From contig NW_027270903.1 of the NCBI RefSeq assembly GCF_040938485.1, positions 7,006,001 through 7,070,000 on the forward strand: a DNA stretch of 64,000 bases, in the 5' to 3' direction. This DNA comes from Diadema antillarum. Its lineage: Eukaryota. The notes under the pieces are model-generated. The model made no database searches. It was given only the letters and a program-made list of their open reading frames with translations, and had not been told where the DNA came from. Both the position numbers and the translations under genes were made by a program. Positions 1 through 11,612 of this stretch are shown here, one piece after another (positions within the stretch are counted from its first letter, which is position 1; every line of letters starts with the position of its first letter).

Positions 1-174
1 AAATTGGTAGCCCCACCCCCTCGCACATTCAGACTGTTGTTGTTGTTTTCTTTGTTTTTGTGTTTAATGTAAATATTTTCATTGCTAATGATTGTGTTCA
101 CTTGTTGAAATATTTAGTTGGGGACTACCATAATTTTGTGCTATTTGTGCATACAGTATGTAGGTACACTAGTG

Positions 175-706
175 TATAGTGAGGTGCCCGCACCTCGTCA
201 GGGGCCCAAATACCGTCACCCCGCTTAAATTGTTTTGAGCGCACTAAACAAAAATGTATGCCCGGGACTGTGTTCTGTACGCTTGAAACTTGGCAGGGCT
301 ACCACAACCAAGCAAATTGTGGTGAAAACCGAACAGTTTTTCGCGAAAATCTGAAATTTTCATAGGGCTATAGGAATACGTGTTATAAGTCACCCGCACG
401 CATCTTTTACGTGTATGTCTATGGGAACATCACGGTCACCCGCACACGTCTTTTACGTGCTAAGTCTATGGGAGAGCGGGTGACGAGTTGCGGGCCCCTT
501 CCTTAGCGCGCAACTTTTTCGCATCGTTTGCGTTTGATGACGATAGCTGCAAATTTTCAATATCGATCAGTGAACTTGTGATTCCATTGGAATTTTCAGC
601 ATTTTTCCTGTATGTGATTTGGATTTCAAAGAATTTAAGTGGCGACATGTGATTCAAATATGGGCAAACATTAACTATGACGAGGTGCGGGTCACCCAAG
701 TATACC
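175..706. mobile_element. Probable MITE with ~25-bp imperfect terminal inverted repeats and internal GTCACCCGCAC repeats
   Basis: Left end gtatagtgaggtgcccgcacctcgtca (~175-200) matches the reverse complement of tgacgaggtgcgggtcacccaagtatac (~679-706); gtcacccgcac...cttttacgtg is duplicated at ~389 and ~435. Confidence 0.5.
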
Positions 707-783
707 TCTATCTATTAATTGTCCAACGTGATTTACTATTCATCATGATTTTCATGTGCATTACTTCTACTTCTGGTAGTATA

Positions 784-997
784 CTGTAAAACGAGGAATG
801 TTCGCATGCATGTTAATATCGCGACTTTTGCGAGAGCCAAGTTTTGCAAAATTAAAATGCATGTGAAAGTTCTTGTCTACACTATACGCATTGAATGTTT
901 AATAGAGGCAACTCGACACGGAAATATTGTGCCACGAAAAAGGCCGTCAGCTCCAATTCGCGAAGATTTCATGCCGCAAAAGTATCGTGTTTAACAG
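784..997. mobile_element. TA-flanked CTG(T)...(A)CAG MITE of a CGCG-rich family (related copies at ~16004-16244, ~19580-19740, ~22330-22460, ~43000-43215, 43336-43851, 50141-50367, ~51040-51240)
   Basis: ta|ctgtaaaacga ... tcgtgtttaacag|ta; shared internal ttcgcgaattt / gcaaaattaaaatgca / aaggccgtcagctccaattcgcgaa motifs across copies. Confidence 0.65.
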
Positions 998-1088
998 TAA
1001 TAAATTTGTTAACTTTGTTCCGTCTGCAATGTACATCGATACCTACTTTTGTTTTCAAAAGCACTATTGTAAATATTCCCTGTAATCT

Positions 1089-2125
1089 TTTTTATGCCTC
1101 CGCCAACGAAGTGGCCGGAGGCATTATGTTTTCGAGTCGTCCGTCCGTCCGTACGTACGTCCGTCCGTCCGTACGTACGTACGTCCATACGTACGTCCGT
1201 ACGTACGTATGTCCGTCCCGTTTTGTTTTTGTCGATATCTCAAGAACCGTGTGGTGGTTTTACATCAAACTTGGTATGAGGGTATATCCTGGGGGGATAA
1301 TACTTTGTTTGGATTTTAGGGTCAAAGGTCACAGGTTATTTTGTGAAAAAAAAGGTTGAAAATTCATGTTTTTCTCCATATCTCGCAAATGGTTCAAGGT
1401 ATCTTCATGGAACTTAGTATTATGCTTGTTCCAATGGGCAGTAATTATCTAGGGAAGTTGGGGGTCATGGTTCAAAGGTCAGAAGGTCAAAGGTCAAGTT
1501 CAACTCCTCAAAATATCACTACTTTCCTTATATTTATGCAATGCCTGAAGGGTTTTGTTTTTTTTAACTTGATGTATACATGTATTACCAAATATATATT
1601 CTGTGGGAAGTTTCTTGCCAAAAGGTCAAAGGTCAAAAGGTCAAAGGTCAAGTGAAAGTGCTGAATTGCACTTTTTCCTCCATGTCTCAAAAGTAACTCA
1701 AGGTATCATCATGAAACTTACGTATTTATGCATGTTCAACCTAACAGTGATTCTATTTGGAACTGTGAGGTCAAAGGTCAAAGGCCAGGTTTAGATAATG
1801 CTATTTTTCCATTTGATACTGAAATCATACTTTTTTTCAATACCTTGAAAATTACTCAATGCATAAACTTATAAAAGGGTCAAAAGTCAAGTAAAAATCA
1901 TCAGTTCCCCAAATACCTGCACTCTGACATTTTACTCATTCATCCAATTGAACCTAGTTGTAGGAAAGTGAACATTCAGCATATTTGTGTCAAACCTGTC
2001 ATTTTAATATTTTGCCAATTGTGTGAAACTGTCATCACACATTGTCAAGACATTGTACTATAGATCTATTAGGAGAACCATGCATTATGGCGGAGGCATA
2101 TCAGTCGCCGTAGCGATATATCTAG
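1089..2125 (+). mobile_element. Helentron-associated non-autonomous element (HINE/DINE-1-like)
   Basis: Subterminal IR tatgcctccgcca (1093) / tggcggaggcata (~2088), 5' hairpin, (CCGT/ACGT)n microsatellite at 1141-1215, internal (AAAGGTC)n-like repeats, 3' hairpin tcgc-cgta-gcga and CTAG end in a T-rich site. Confidence 0.75.
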
Positions 2126-2261
2126 TTTTTTTTTGCTATGTTTATTGTCAGTGTACTTGCTGTAAGTGTTCTCCATTATTGTGATCATCGTTACTTCTTC
2201 ATCTGCTATTGCTATCTGATGATCATCTTTCTTTTAATACTGAACAATTTATTCCCTGCAG

Positions 2262-2352
2262 GGTTTCAGGCAGTATAGTACTCCCATTGGTCTCAAGGCA
2301 GAGGTCAAAGTTGACTTGGTCATCATTGGGTCAGTCGCCGTCTCGCCAACAG
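2262..2352 (+). CDS. MTHFSD: Methenyltetrahydrofolate synthetase domain-containing protein, penultimate coding exon (upstream exons not seen in window)
   Basis: ctgcag|GGT...ACAG|gtcagt; translates GFRQYSTPIGLKAEVKVDLVIIGSVAVSPT, matching the recalled MTHFSD motif PIGL...VDLVVVGSVAVS; phase 1 joins the next exon. Confidence 0.9.
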
Positions 2353-2384
2353 GTCAGTTTCGGTGTGCAGAGGTGAAACCCTTT

Positions 2385-2715
2385 GGCCGGAATTCACGTA
2401 GGTGGTACAAATTAAACCATGGTTTAAACCATGGACAAAAACCATAAAGCGCCAAGTGTCGCATGGAATATTTCGTTACAAAATCAGTAATTTCGTTGAT
2501 GAAATGATTATTTTGTATTAAAACGAAATGACAACATTTCGTAACTAAATGAACAGTTCGTCCACAAAATGATAATTTCGTTAACGAAACGGTCATTTTG
2601 CCGATGAAATGACCAATTTCGTAATGAAATATTCCATGCGACACTTGGCGCTCCATGGTTTTTGTCCATGGTTTAAACCATGGTTTCATTTGTACCACCT
2701 TCGTGAATTCGGGCC
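2385..2715. mobile_element. PIF/Harbinger (Tourist-like) MITE; second copy at 15466-15770
   Basis: ~60-bp TIR ggcc(c/g)gaattcacg..ggtggtacaaat(g/t)aaaccatggtttaaaccatggacaaaaaccat; TSD ttt/ttt here and taa/taa at 15463-15465 and 15771-15773. Confidence 0.8.
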
Positions 2716-3144
2716 TTTGAGTGCTTTTATAGTGCTGATTGACACAGAAAATCTCACTGCATTGTACACACTGTCCACAGTCCCCAGCACAGGTCTCACC
2801 ATTTCCAAAAGGCAGGATATGCTAATGGAGAGTAAGATCAAGAAGTGTTTCAATGTGTTGTGTACAGGGGGGAATAATTCTGATAAACTTTGAATGAATT
2901 GGAAAGTTATGACCATATCATACATTGTGTTACCTAAAAACCATGACAATTACATGTACCTTGTTTTATTAAGTCTCTCACTATATCAGGGTACAAAAAT
3001 ACAGAAATATAAAAGAGTTATGGACTAGCAGAATCACCTTTTCATGAAAGGTTTTTGTTATATAGAACATCTTTATAGTGAGGGTCCTCTGTTAATATCC
3101 AGTGTATACCCTTTGACCCTTCCTTACTACTTCCCGTTCTCTAG

Positions 3145-3902
3145 GCCTTCGAATTGGTAAAGGTGAAGGCTATGCCGACATGGAGTTTGCCATGATGTCT
3201 TCCATGGGAGCTGTGACCCAGGAGACGGTTGTCGTGACGACGGTACACGACTGCCAAGTGTTGGACGACATGCCTGAACACCTGTTTGGTGAGCATGACC
3301 TCAGCGTGGACTATATCCTGACCCCAACGCAGACCATTCAGTGTGACAACCAGCGGGTCAAGCCAAAGGGCATAGCCTGGCATCTCCTGTCGAAAGAGAA
3401 ATTCTCCGAGATACCGATCCTCCGAATCTTGAGGAAGGAGGAGGCTGAAAGGGGTGTGGATGTCAGGCTGAAGGAAGAAGTGCAACATGTTCAAGAAGGA
3501 GGGGTGGTAGACTCTGACCAAGCATTTTGTGCAGATGACCCACATGACCTGTCTGCTACCAAGGAGAAGACTTCCTCACGAACAGCTGGAAGAGAGTCTA
3601 GTGAACCAAGGGGTCGATCTGAAAGACTGAAAAGTTCCCATCAACAGTACAGTCATGAAACCAGACAGGATGAGAAGAAAAGAGGGCTTAAATCATATCA
3701 CAGCAGTGACCGTTTCACTGACCATGATGATTTAGGGATAAGTGTCAGCAATGGGGATGGTGAAGACAGAGGAGGTCATAATAGACTGTCAGGTCAAAGG
3801 TCAAAGGGCTCAAAGTCTGCCAGTGGACGGAGACGGGACTTGGGTGGGATGTTTGCATGGAATCAGCCAGGAGGAAACAGTCGGGGAGGAGGTTGGAGAT
3901 GA
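3145..3902 (+). CDS. MTHFSD: MTHFSD terminal coding exon
   Basis: ctctag|GC CTT CGA ATT GGT AAA GGT GAA GGC TAT GCC GAC = [48 protein letters not shown], diagnostic of MTHFSD; ends in a low-complexity R/G/S tail with TGA at 3900-3902. Confidence 0.92.
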
Positions 3903-3917
3903 GGTGACCCTCTCACG

Positions 3918-4385
3918 AGAGAGCTGAGTTTACCTTCATCAAAAGGAGATGACTTTACCCTCCTTGAAGGGAATGGGTGGTTGCCTCCTCTAAACAAATG
4001 GAGGTAAATTTACCTTCTTCAAAAGGAGATGAGTTTTCCCTTTCAATGGGAAATGAGGTTGGGATATAGATTAACCTTCGTCAAATGAGGTTAAATGAAG
4101 CAGACTTTTTCCTCCCCAAATGGATACAAGTTTACCTTCATCGTAGGGAGATGACTTTATCCTCCTCAAAAGGAGGAGAGGTTGCCTCCTCCAAACGAAA
4201 TAAATGGATATAAGTTTACCCTCTTCAAAGGGAGATGAAGTTGGCCCCTGAAAGGGAGATGAGTTTCAATACCCTCCTCAAATGAGGCTGAATTTTCCCT
4301 CCTCAAATGATGAGTTTACCGTCATCAAGGGGAACTGAGGTTGGCCCGTTCAAAGGGAGAGTAACGGTAGTTTACCCACCTCACT
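3918..4385 (+). repeat. Degenerate ~25-bp tandem repeat in the presumed MTHFSD 3' UTR
   Basis: Recurrent (ga)gatgagtttacc(c/t)tc(a/c)tcaaa(a/g)g-like units starting just after the stop codon. Confidence 0.6.
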
Positions 4386-5108
4386 TCTAAATTATCCATT
4401 GAAGTCAAGTACCTTGGTATGTTTAACCCCTAACCCTAAGTAGGCCGGTCTATGTATGTAGGTTATAGCCACCACCCCCCCCCCCCCCCCCCCTTCCAGA
4501 TCACCATAAAAGTCGGTACACCCATTGCCTGCTGCACAATCTACAAAAATTTGTTGTCGACTCTGTTCTGAGCATCAAAATATGTTACCAATATACTTGA
4601 TAAATAAAAACAAAAATAAGCATGCTTTTACCAAATTTGATATAAAACACAACTTGCATAATTGCAATTGCGCATGAATTCACATTTCTTAGCAATTTTT
4701 GGTTCAACACAGAAAGTGAAATGTATTTATGCTTCACTCTTAAATTACAGTGTACCATGAAATGAGAGGATTTACATTATAATCACTACTTTTATGTTAT
4801 GTATTCAAGTTTGTTATTCAGGTTTATAATCCCCATATGCTTGAGTATTTGTGTAAGTTCTCAAGGTCAGTGTTATGGTCAAGCTAACAGTGTACTGTAC
4901 ACTAACGTTCTTGGTGTCTTTTTTTCTCACAATCATTGTTAAACAGGAATATCTTGTTCAAATCAGGACCTGAAATGCATTACAATTACCTTGTTACATC
5001 AGGATTCTCACTATTATCAAATATTGTATTAATTTCTGTAGGTTTCTTACTGTATGTCCAAATTTGATAAAACTTCTATAACTCTGTTCACCTAACTTAA
5101 ATCATTAA

Positions 5109-5193
5109 CCCATTGAAGACGAGTCCCGAGTATACTCGGACAGATGTCTATGGGAAATGCCTGTTGTAGCGAAATCAGTCTGTCCTCAACGGG
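5109..5193. mobile_element. 85-bp TTAA-flanked piggyBac-like mini-MITE (other copies ~17613-17691 interrupted, ~61360-61444 inverted, ~62703-62757 partial)
   Basis: ttaa|cccattgaagacgagtcccgagtatactcgg ... gtcctcaacggg|ttaa; CCC...GGG termini. Confidence 0.75.
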
Positions 5194-6419
5194 TTAAAGT
5201 CCACTTGTTGAATTGTAGAGGTGTTATGGATTTTATCACTGGATGAGGTCTCTGCTTAATTGGCCACCAATTTTACCTTGCTGTAATTGGTACCTCGCTG
5301 TAAATGTACGAAAGATGAGGCGGGGTGAGTCAAGCTGTGGAAAATCAGGAATGCCAAAGATTGTTGTAAGCCAGCTTATTGTTTTAACTGGTTTCTCTGC
5401 AGCCTGTAACACATTACTCCAAAGTCTGGAGAGTCTGCCAAATCTATACTGATCAATTTTATACACCCTCAGTTAGGGAGCAAATACCATGAAATGCAGG
5501 GGGGGGGGGGGGCACCAAGTGCGCCCCTCTTTTATTTTTTTTGTTAAAAAAAAAAAAAATGGGGGTGCATGCCCCCCCACCCTTTCATTTTGCAAAGGCG
5601 CCTCCCCTTTGTGGAATTCCTGGATCCGCCCCTGATAATGGGCATGTAGGCAATTTGGTACAACATGCTGCTAAACATTGAGTATATCAAGCAGTTCCCA
5701 GCCTTTTTGCAGGCCTTCTTACTTTAATATTTGAGACTACCACTGTAGGGTACTAACATGACAGAGAGCAGAGTGGTCCGCGTCTGAGTCCAAATCTGTC
5801 ACAGTGTCAACCCTCGTCTCACTGTTAGTCTTGAATAAAATGTGAAAGTGCAATTTATAAACCCATGTGGCCTTTTCTTCAAGGCTTGTCAGTTCATAGA
5901 TTTTTTTATCAATACCAAGGTATGACAATCCTCACAGTGTTAACACTTTCATTTGAACACACTTGGGTAGTAGTTTGCCTGCAGAAGGGAAACAGTTTAT
6001 ATTATTTACACCAAGTGATTATTGATTCAAATAATTGAAAAGCATGTTTTCAAGAACCTGTGACATCGTAACAAAGAAAAGTTTATATGATTATTCATTA
6101 AAATCATTGGCTGAAATACAAAAGTTACCCATAATAATTTTTGTGTTTGTGCGTGTTGTTTTTGGATGTGCATAAATGTTCATCTATGGGAATTTGATGT
6201 ATGTGAGAGGTGTTAATATTGAACATGAATGTCACTAAATAGAAGGGATGCTATTAGGAAGGCACATTTGCATCAATAATGAATTTTATTAAGAGGGTTA
6301 TATATAATATGTTGATAGAGTAGTATCGACTGAAAGAAAGATTGTTACAAATTTTATCACAAACCAAGGAGAGTGCCACAGAGAGGAAATGAAATAATGT
6401 TTTATCCTATTAACTTTAA

Positions 6420-6850
6420 AGGAATGGTACAGTATTGGTGGAGATGAAAATTGGCGAGATTTTGTGAGATACCCCCCCCCCCAAAAAAAAAAAAAAAAAA
6501 AAACACTTGTGAAATAGCACAGAGCATACCATTTGAAGAGGAATTCACAGTTTATTTGATGAAAATTGGGTTTGGAATAGCTGAAAGATCCAAAAACAAA
6601 GTAAAACAAAATGATCGTACAGTAAAAAATGTGGGTCCCACACTTTATTAGGATCACTCTTGATCTGTTTTGGATATCTCAGTCATTTCAAAATCAATTT
6701 TCATCAAATAAACGTTGAAATCCTCATGGAATTACAAGTATGTGTAGTCATGCTCTTTCATATTTCATTAGAGGTTCTCACTATCTCACCAAAAAAAAAA
6801 AATGATAAAAACCTTAAGTTAAGTCTCCACCAAAACGATATACGATCCCT
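6420..6850. mobile_element. Kolobok-like MITE with TTAA TSD (related degenerate copies ~12424-12778, ~48370-48770, ~48850-49170)
   Basis: ttaa|aggaatggtacagtattggtggag ... ctccaccaaaacgatatacgatccct|ttaa; AG...CT termini. Confidence 0.65.
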
Positions 6851-8120
6851 TTAAATGTGGTTGCTTGGAAACAAGATTGATAGCTCAACAAAATGGCATA
6901 CCATGGTAAATATTCTTTTATTTTCGAAGTGATAAATTATGCCAAATAAACTCATAACAGCAACAAAAGCAAAAACCAACAGCATAATTAAGCAACAGTC
7001 ATGTCATATCCGATTTTGAAAGAAAAAAAATCAACAACTTTCATTGTCTTTAACTTGTCAAATGTACAACCTAGTGAGATGTGACTTTTTTCAAATATGT
7101 GGAAAGCTAGGAAATCTGAAAATTACAAAGATTAGTTCAGCTATTACAGATTATCATTATTTTGTACGATATACATGTGTTTGTAATACAAAATGCCTAC
7201 CTTTTCTTTCCTTTTTAAGTAGAACTATAATGATGCATGAATGGATGTTGGGGCAGTATCAATTGAAATAATGCTTGGTAAAAGCAATAGAAGATATTAT
7301 GAGTGGTTCTACATTTTAAAAGAATCGGAATTCGAGTAATCTCAGAAGCAACGGGTTATTTTAAAATATTTTTGTTCATTAATTTGTATTCCTTCCTGGC
7401 TCTCTCTTCCCCTCCCCCCTCTCTAGTCTTTGTCTTCTTTCAATCCTCAGTGCCCCGTCTAGCTGGCTCTTTGTTTATACTGTATAGTGGACTCCCATTA
7501 TAAGGAAGTTCTCGGGACCAGCAGTTTTCTTTCGGTATATCAAAAATTTGTCATACCAATCAAATAAACAATAAACATACACCATGTGGAGAATGTTGCT
7601 GGATGAATTTTTACATGTACTTCGTTGTATAACCGTGGAATTTCATTTTAACTGTGTTCGTTATAAACGGGAGTGCACTGTACCGACGATATTACTGTAC
7701 GCGGACGAAGGACCTACTACTATACTCAGGCCAGGGGAGATTAATAAACTATCTATTCAAACCTGAAATTAATAAAGTAATGCAATGTATCGACATAATA
7801 AGCACTGATATAATCAGTAATCAGTAGCAAAAGCCATGACCGAAGACATGGGCATACAGCTATATTATTCAGGATCCATCTTGGATTCGAACCTGATGCG
7901 GGGTGGGATAGCTTATTATGAGCCCTCTAAATTTGCCCTCAACAGATCTATCAATCATTCAGTACCCCTAGTCCATTAGAAAAGAAAAACAAAACAAAAC
8001 GGAGGAAGTGACCACGAAAAAACAACACCGTAAAAATTCCACTGGACTATTTGCTGATTCGTTCATTATTATTCCTCCTTTTTCTCATACCGGGACAAGC
8101 TTTTAGACCAGGGGGCATTC

Positions 8121-8248
8121 ATGAAGCATTTTGGTCGGACATTTTTCTGACAAACTGTTACAAGGTACTGAAATCCTTGCATCTGATTGGCTGAGAGCGA
8201 AGATGTCCGACAACTTTGTCGGACAAAATGCTTCATGAAATGCCCCCA
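8121..8248. mobile_element. Short palindromic MITE (relatives ~21565-21700, ~50890-51030, ~53865-54030)
   Basis: gggggcattcatgaagcattttg ... caaaatgcttcatgaaatgccccc inverted termini. Confidence 0.6.
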
Positions 8249-8559
8249 CTACTGTTTTCTCCCCTTTCCATCTCTTCTTTTTCTTTATTTTTCACCTCCT
8301 TTTTCTTCTTCTCCTTATTCTTCTTACTTTCTTTCTCTTCTTTTTTCCTTCTTTATTTTCTTCTCCTTCTATGCTTTCTTTCTTCGCTATCATTCCCTCC
8401 ATCAGTCTTCATCTTCCTCCGACCTCCCCGTTTATCTACTCCTCGCACCTCATCCTCCCCATCCTCCGGCAAAGCAAAGTTTGAGGGCAGCATTTATGAA
8501 ATTAATCCCAATGATATACCAAAGTAGTGGTGCGCTACTATCTCCCATGTAACGCTCTC

Positions 8560-8872
8560 CCTCACCACGCACCGAAGTTACCAATAGCACCACGCGCACA
8601 CAGAAGACACGCGCGCTCTGTGTGCGTATGTAATACGTTTGTGAAATGCTCTGTGGCAGTCATCGAATCCATGATCCAGTCGACTCGCACATATCACAGT
8701 ACAGTACAGTAAATGCGTATTTAGGTACAATACGCACGTGTACGAATCATTTATATGTACGCACGCACACATTAAAATTGAAGAACATATCTTAGCCTGT
8801 GGTCATCGAAGTCGAGACCTGTGTTTGTCTTGTGGCCAGCTTTTTCTCTGTTTTCGAAATATTGAGATTAAG
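8560..8872 (+). promoter_or_regulatory. Candidate promoter and non-coding first exon of BRD10
   Basis: CpG-rich CGCGC/GCGTA region followed by aag|gtaaat donor-like site at 8872/8873; the coding exon has an acceptor at 11374 just before its ATG, so an upstream UTR exon is required. Confidence 0.35.
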
Positions 8873-10043
8873 GTAAATATTTTCATGAATATATTTGTCA
8901 TCATGTAGAAAAGTTAATAATTTCTGAAGTCTACATCAGCTGTGTTCTTCGTTATTTCCCACGAAAATGAAATGAAATTTTGCCGGTATTGCGCCGAATG
9001 TGTGTATGTGCGCGCGTGTCTTATCATTGAAAGCTCGGATGTGATGTGTATTGTCTATGGCGGGTTAGAAAGTTGAGTGGAAAGAGGAGGTTGTTGCTCT
9101 CTTGATTTTGGCCGGGTGTAGCGGGCTAATCATCATCCTTTGCACCGGTCATGTCAAAAGTGTGTGTTCCAAAGTTTAAGTGACCGCGCGATTTTCGAAG
9201 AGCACCATGATTCTAGTCTAGATGGTCTAGATAAATGAATATACTTCAACCTATGCTTGTTGAGAAATTCTTCTGTACATCTGTCATTCACTGGTAGACT
9301 AACAAAAGTTAGATTAGACTAAATCTAGTCTTACTCTTAATTTTGTGGCAATTGTGCATGTCTGGCGTTTGGTTTTTAGTGTATGATAAAGTGGTTAGCA
9401 TAGCATTATTAATAGCAGGTTACAAAACCAAGCTGAAAAGTGAAATCGACAGCTGGACATTTATGATTATGAAAAACTTAGCTTTGTATTTAATTGTAAT
9501 TGTGGCTGCATTCAAATCGAGATCTGTAATTAACTCTCTAGTAGATGTATGGTAGTAGATCTAGAACACCTACTAGATCTGGTGAAAAAGTATGACATTT
9601 GATGAACATTTTTAGATTATGAGATTTCTCCATAGCATGAATTTTTCCCGAGTAAAGTTGCCTCTGACATTCAATGCATTGATGTCTATAGTATAGGTCT
9701 AGGTAGACAGAAAGATCCGTCTGTCCGGAGGACTCTTTTGTATTTTGCCATTAACGCCGTCCTCCGTAGACAGACGGAAGGTTGTAGTACCCATTGCTGT
9801 GTGGATGTTCTTAACCACTGTCTCTATGGAAAATTGGGTGAGGTACCTCACCCTTCTCGATTGCGTCTAATTCACGGCCCTAGGTCGGCAAATTTATGCT
9901 TGAATAGTTAAATCAACTATTCAAGAATAGACTACACTCACCAGATTAATGAATAATCCAATATTTCGGTCGAATTTTCAACGCAAAACACACATCAACC
10001 AGCCCGTCGCGTCGTCACGTTCAAATTGTAGAAACATACAGTA

Positions 10044-10141
10044 TGAATCTATTAGCCAATCACATGCGAGGTAGTTTCTACGTGTTTTTTTTACTTAATA
10101 AAGTACCTCGCATGTGATTGGTTTACAGATTCAAAATGGCG
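10044..10141. promoter_or_regulatory. Inverted pair of CCAAT-containing motifs followed by a YY1-like AAAATGGCG
   Basis: ccaatcacatgcgaggta (10056-10073) is a perfect inverted repeat of tacctcgcatgtgattgg (10104-10121); caaaatggcg at ~10132-10141. Confidence 0.45.
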
Positions 10142-11382
10142 ACCTACTGCTAGCGAACGGCGATGTTGCGATATATATGGATAACATTTCTGCATTATAA
10201 CCGCGTTACTGTGAGTATTTCGATTGCAAAATGTGAGAAATTAACCCCAAACATTGCTGCATAATGTGTCATGTCATGTCAAACTTGTTTGAATGTAAAA
10301 AAGCTGTCTGAAATTTGGTTTATCGTAACGTTTGATCTGTGCGCTACTGCCACACAGGAGCTGGCATCATTGACTTCGGTCTGTATACGGAGGGGATCCG
10401 TGAAGCCAGACGCAGTCTCCGCGGAACATTCCCCGACGGACAGATACAGACCGATCTTTCGGTCAAAGGTCTAGGTAGACGAGATCTTCAGCCTGCTTTT
10501 TTAATTTTTGCGAAACTTGGCTCTCGCGAATTTGCAAAATTAAAATGCATGCGAACATTTCGCGTTTCACACTTTATGTATGGTAGGTCTAGCTACAGTA
10601 AGAGACTAACAGTACTAAGTAATAATGTTACACTACAGCAGCGTACAGGCAGGGTCACTTCCGAGCAACATCTTTGTTATAGAGTCTACCGTGGTAGTGG
10701 TATTGCTAATATTGTCGCATGGTGTTTGTTAGAACGTATAGAACCTAGATATTCAACTCATAGTTTTTTAGTTGCTCTGGAATCAGTGAACTTGTAGATG
10801 CTGATAATGGAGGGGGGGGGGCAAGTATTATTGGTCTGGACAAAATTTAGAAGAACGGATGCATCAAGTGTAAGTTTGATGCCAAATTCCACGCCAGGTG
10901 GCTATATTATGGGGTCATGACCAAGACCCAGCCAACCTAAAAAGTGTTGAATTTATCTTTGTACAACCTAACCAGGCCAGATTTATTTATCATTATAGTG
11001 GTATTTTCTAGGTCTTTTCCCTCTTTTCTCACAGGATAGTTCAATATCTTTTTTTTTTCTTTTTTTCTTTTTTAAATATTAAACTGCACTGACAGCAGAA
11101 CTTCAATTTTCAGCAAAGTTTGTCTCTCTGCTGCTATGGGTTGATGCTTGTGACAGAGAGCTCTGCCAATATACTTTATGTTGTCAATAAATGACCTGAT
11201 GTTAATGAGAATTCAGAAGACTTCCGTTGCTTGGAATTGGTGATACTGGCATATTTCAACGCTCAGAACTTACGGGTAACTGTTTTTGATTTGTTTTTGT
11301 TTATGTGTGAGTTTTTCTTTTCTTTTTTCATTTTGTCATTCATTTGCTGTTGTGTTTTTTCCATCACCTGTTAGGACCCACA

Positions 11383-11545
11383 ATGGACCAGTCTGACCAG
11401 GCTATGGACTCGGCGAGTGAAGCTGATGAGATAGAATCGGATTCTGTTTCCATGGAGACCGATGAGGAAGATGAGGAAGATGACAGTTCCTCCATGGATC
11501 AGGATCAGCCTGAGCAGTCCGAGAGTACGGCCGAAAGATCAGGTG
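11383..11545 (+). CDS. BRD10: BRD10/KIAA2026 orthologue, coding exon 1 (acidic N-terminus)
   Basis: ttag| acceptor at 11374, ATG 11383, MDQSDQAMDSASEADE..; donor G|gtaggt phase 1 fits exon 2 (an in-phase alternative donor lies at 11542). Confidence 0.7.
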
Positions 11546-11612
11546 GTAGGTAGAGCCTGGATACCTGTAGGCAGAAACCATGGTAGAATACTGGAAAAGA
11601 CTTCCTTTAAAT

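Noticed and set aside
895-1794. ORFs of 154, 99 and 63 aa (VRTY repeats, GQRSK repeats)
   Set aside because: Translations of the microsatellite and AAGGTCA repeats of a non-coding HINE element
7861-7920. tRNA-like GGTTCGAATCC (minus strand, 7883-7893)
   Set aside because: B-box only; no acceptor stem or cloverleaf could be folded, so at most a SINE remnant
8187-8552. Phe/Ser/Leu-rich ORFs
   Set aside because: Translation of a CT-rich low-complexity tract
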